Assembly: GCA_965218295.1 (NCBI GenBank)
Contig: CBDCKN010000003.1
Span: 1 to 64,000, forward strand
Direction: 5' to 3'
From: Longimicrobiales bacterium
GTDB lineage: Bacteria; Gemmatimonadota; Gemmatimonadetes; Longimicrobiales; Gaopeijiaceae
DNA: 64,000 nt
The translations under genes were made by a program, and so were the position numbers. Shown here piece after piece: positions 62,677 through 64,000 of this stretch; positions within the stretch are counted from its first letter, which is position 1; the number at the start of each line of letters is the position of its first letter. The notes below the pieces were generated by a model. The model made no database searches. It saw only the letters and a program-made list of their open reading frames with translations, and was not told the origin of the DNA.

Positions 62677-62889
62677 GGAGAACGGAGTGGAGTGTCTTGG
62701 GAACGGGTCGCACGGCGGTCCATGGACCCGGACGAGCTTTGGTAGACTAGGGTCCGGTCACATCGCCGTCCAGCGCCTCCTTCCGTTTCCATCGACCCCT
62801 CCCCAGGCTAGGGGATCATGGCGCAGAGAGACCCCTTCGAGCGATAATGTGGCCAGCAGGCCTGCTGGACCGGAGACCTTTAGGATGAA

Positions 62890-63095
62890 GGTGGCGGATC
62901 TGGAGTCGGCCGAGCCGACAGCATCCTCCGGTGGTCATCATGACCGCCTCCGAGGACCCGGACGATCAGATCCTCCTCCTGGCCGCCGGCGCCGACGACT
63001 ACATCAAGAAGTCCATCAATCCGCCGTGGGCGGTCAACCGGGTCCAGGCCGTCCTACGTCGGGCGAGTCGTGAGAGGTCGCTGATCACCGCGTGA
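62890..63095 (+). pseudogene. Degenerate C-terminal half of a receiver domain
   Basis: Hand translation PVVIMTASEDPDDQILLLAAGADDYIKKSINPPWAVNRVQAVLRRA; upstream in-frame stop, no phosphoacceptor half. Confidence 0.7.
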
Positions 63096-63152
63096 GCGGT
63101 CGGAGCTCCGCCCCCCCTAGCTCAACGCGGTAGCCGATCCGGCAATGTACCG

Positions 63153-64000
63153 TCAGATCGCTTCGCCGGACTCCAAGGAGGAGATCAGGTTCACACAGCT
63201 ACCCGGTCGAGTCTGGCTCCCCAACGTCACCGTCATGAGACGGGCGAGGGTGCCGGGCTCCTGACGACCTGCGAACGCCCCGGAATTGGCCAGCTCGAAG
63301 AGTGCTCCATCCCCCGGGAGCCGGACGAGGGACGCCTGGACTCGATCGAGCCACTCCTGATACGTCTCGTCGGGCCCGAAGACCATTTTCTGGAGGTTGA
63401 TGCACGGTGCCAGCATGTTGAAGGTGGCCAGGTACTCCCACCTCAGGCCACGCAGGGCGCCCTCGTTCTCTACGATGTCGGGGATGCCCCTGAGAATCGT
63501 GTGGATGTCCTCCTCCGTCAGGCCCAATCGTGCAGCGTGAGCCGCGTTCGCCGAAGACTCGCGAGCCCACCGGAGGGTCTCCAGCTCACCGTCCCGGCTC
63601 TGCACCTCGTAGAGCCCCTCCAGCGCGTCTCCCCCGATGTTGGCCACCACGACCCCCACCAGATTGTCGATGAGCGTGGGTCCTTCATCGACAAGCAGGA
63701 AGCCTGCGGAGATAATCTCGCGGATGGACGTCTCGGCCTGATCCGGCTGCCCTCCGACCTGCTCGACAATAGCCTTCGCCACTCGTGCCAGCGCGGCGTA
63801 GCGCACTTCGGTGAAGTGGGGGAACGGTAGGGTGAACACCGTCAAGCTGTCGGGGAACGGGGTGATCCGCCTGGTGGACACCATGTCGATGTAACTGTTC
63901 GGCCAAGCCGTGGGGAGCGTCGTGTTGTCGGATCGTGTGGTGGGGTCTGGTAACGTGATCCGGAATGTAGTATCGTCGAGGGCATGGCGATGCGGGACGG
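63153..64000 (-). CDS. Hypothetical protein (partial; frame open to the window end)
   Basis: No stop upstream of ATG 63884 in this frame; helical protein, no family recognised. Confidence 0.65.
   Translation of the reverse strand, partial: VPHRHALDDTTFRITLPDPTTRSDNTTLPTAWPNSYIDMVSTRRITPFPDSLTVFTLPFPHFTEVRYAALARVAKAIVEQVGGQPDQAETSIREIISAGFLLVDEGPTLIDNLVGVVVANIGGDALEGLYEVQSRDGELETLRWARESSANAAHAARLGLTEEDIHTILRGIPDIVENEGALRGLRWEYLATFNMLAPCINLQKMVFGPDETYQEWLDRVQASLVRLPGDGALFELANSGAFAGRQEPGTLARLMTVTLGSQTRPGSCVNLISSLESGEAI

Noticed and set aside
1..64000. Excess of CTAG sites as a methylation signature
   Set aside because: A rough count by eye is still well below random expectation; needs proper computation

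Overview
GC-rich bacterial window; the gene content suggests a Gemmatimonadota-like organism, but that is inference. It holds about 50 mostly metabolic, transport and secreted-protein genes: an arcA-arcB-arcC arginine deiminase operon, kbl, ilvA, pdxH, two cyclophilins, two PHP hydrolases, beta-propeller surface proteins, and an FGE-domain/Tat-oxidoreductase/ApbE operon. One intact IS3-family element splits a host gene. No rRNA, tRNA or CRISPR array was recognised. Signals not shown by the ORF track: (1) two in-frame UGA codons at conserved Cys positions, each followed by a hairpin, i.e. candidate selenoproteins (a DUF3179 UxxC protein and an ArsM-like methyltransferase remnant); (2) a trypsin-like protease followed by a 70-aa free-standing copy of its own N-terminal domain; (3) a flavinylation-like motif in the FGE-domain protein encoded with ApbE; (4) three copies of a palindromic TetR operator; (5) IS inverted repeats set 5-6 bp inside the target duplication; (6) heavy gene decay, with roughly 17 or more frameshifts, nonsense codons and deletion scars. 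All family assignments come from motif recognition by eye, not from database searches.
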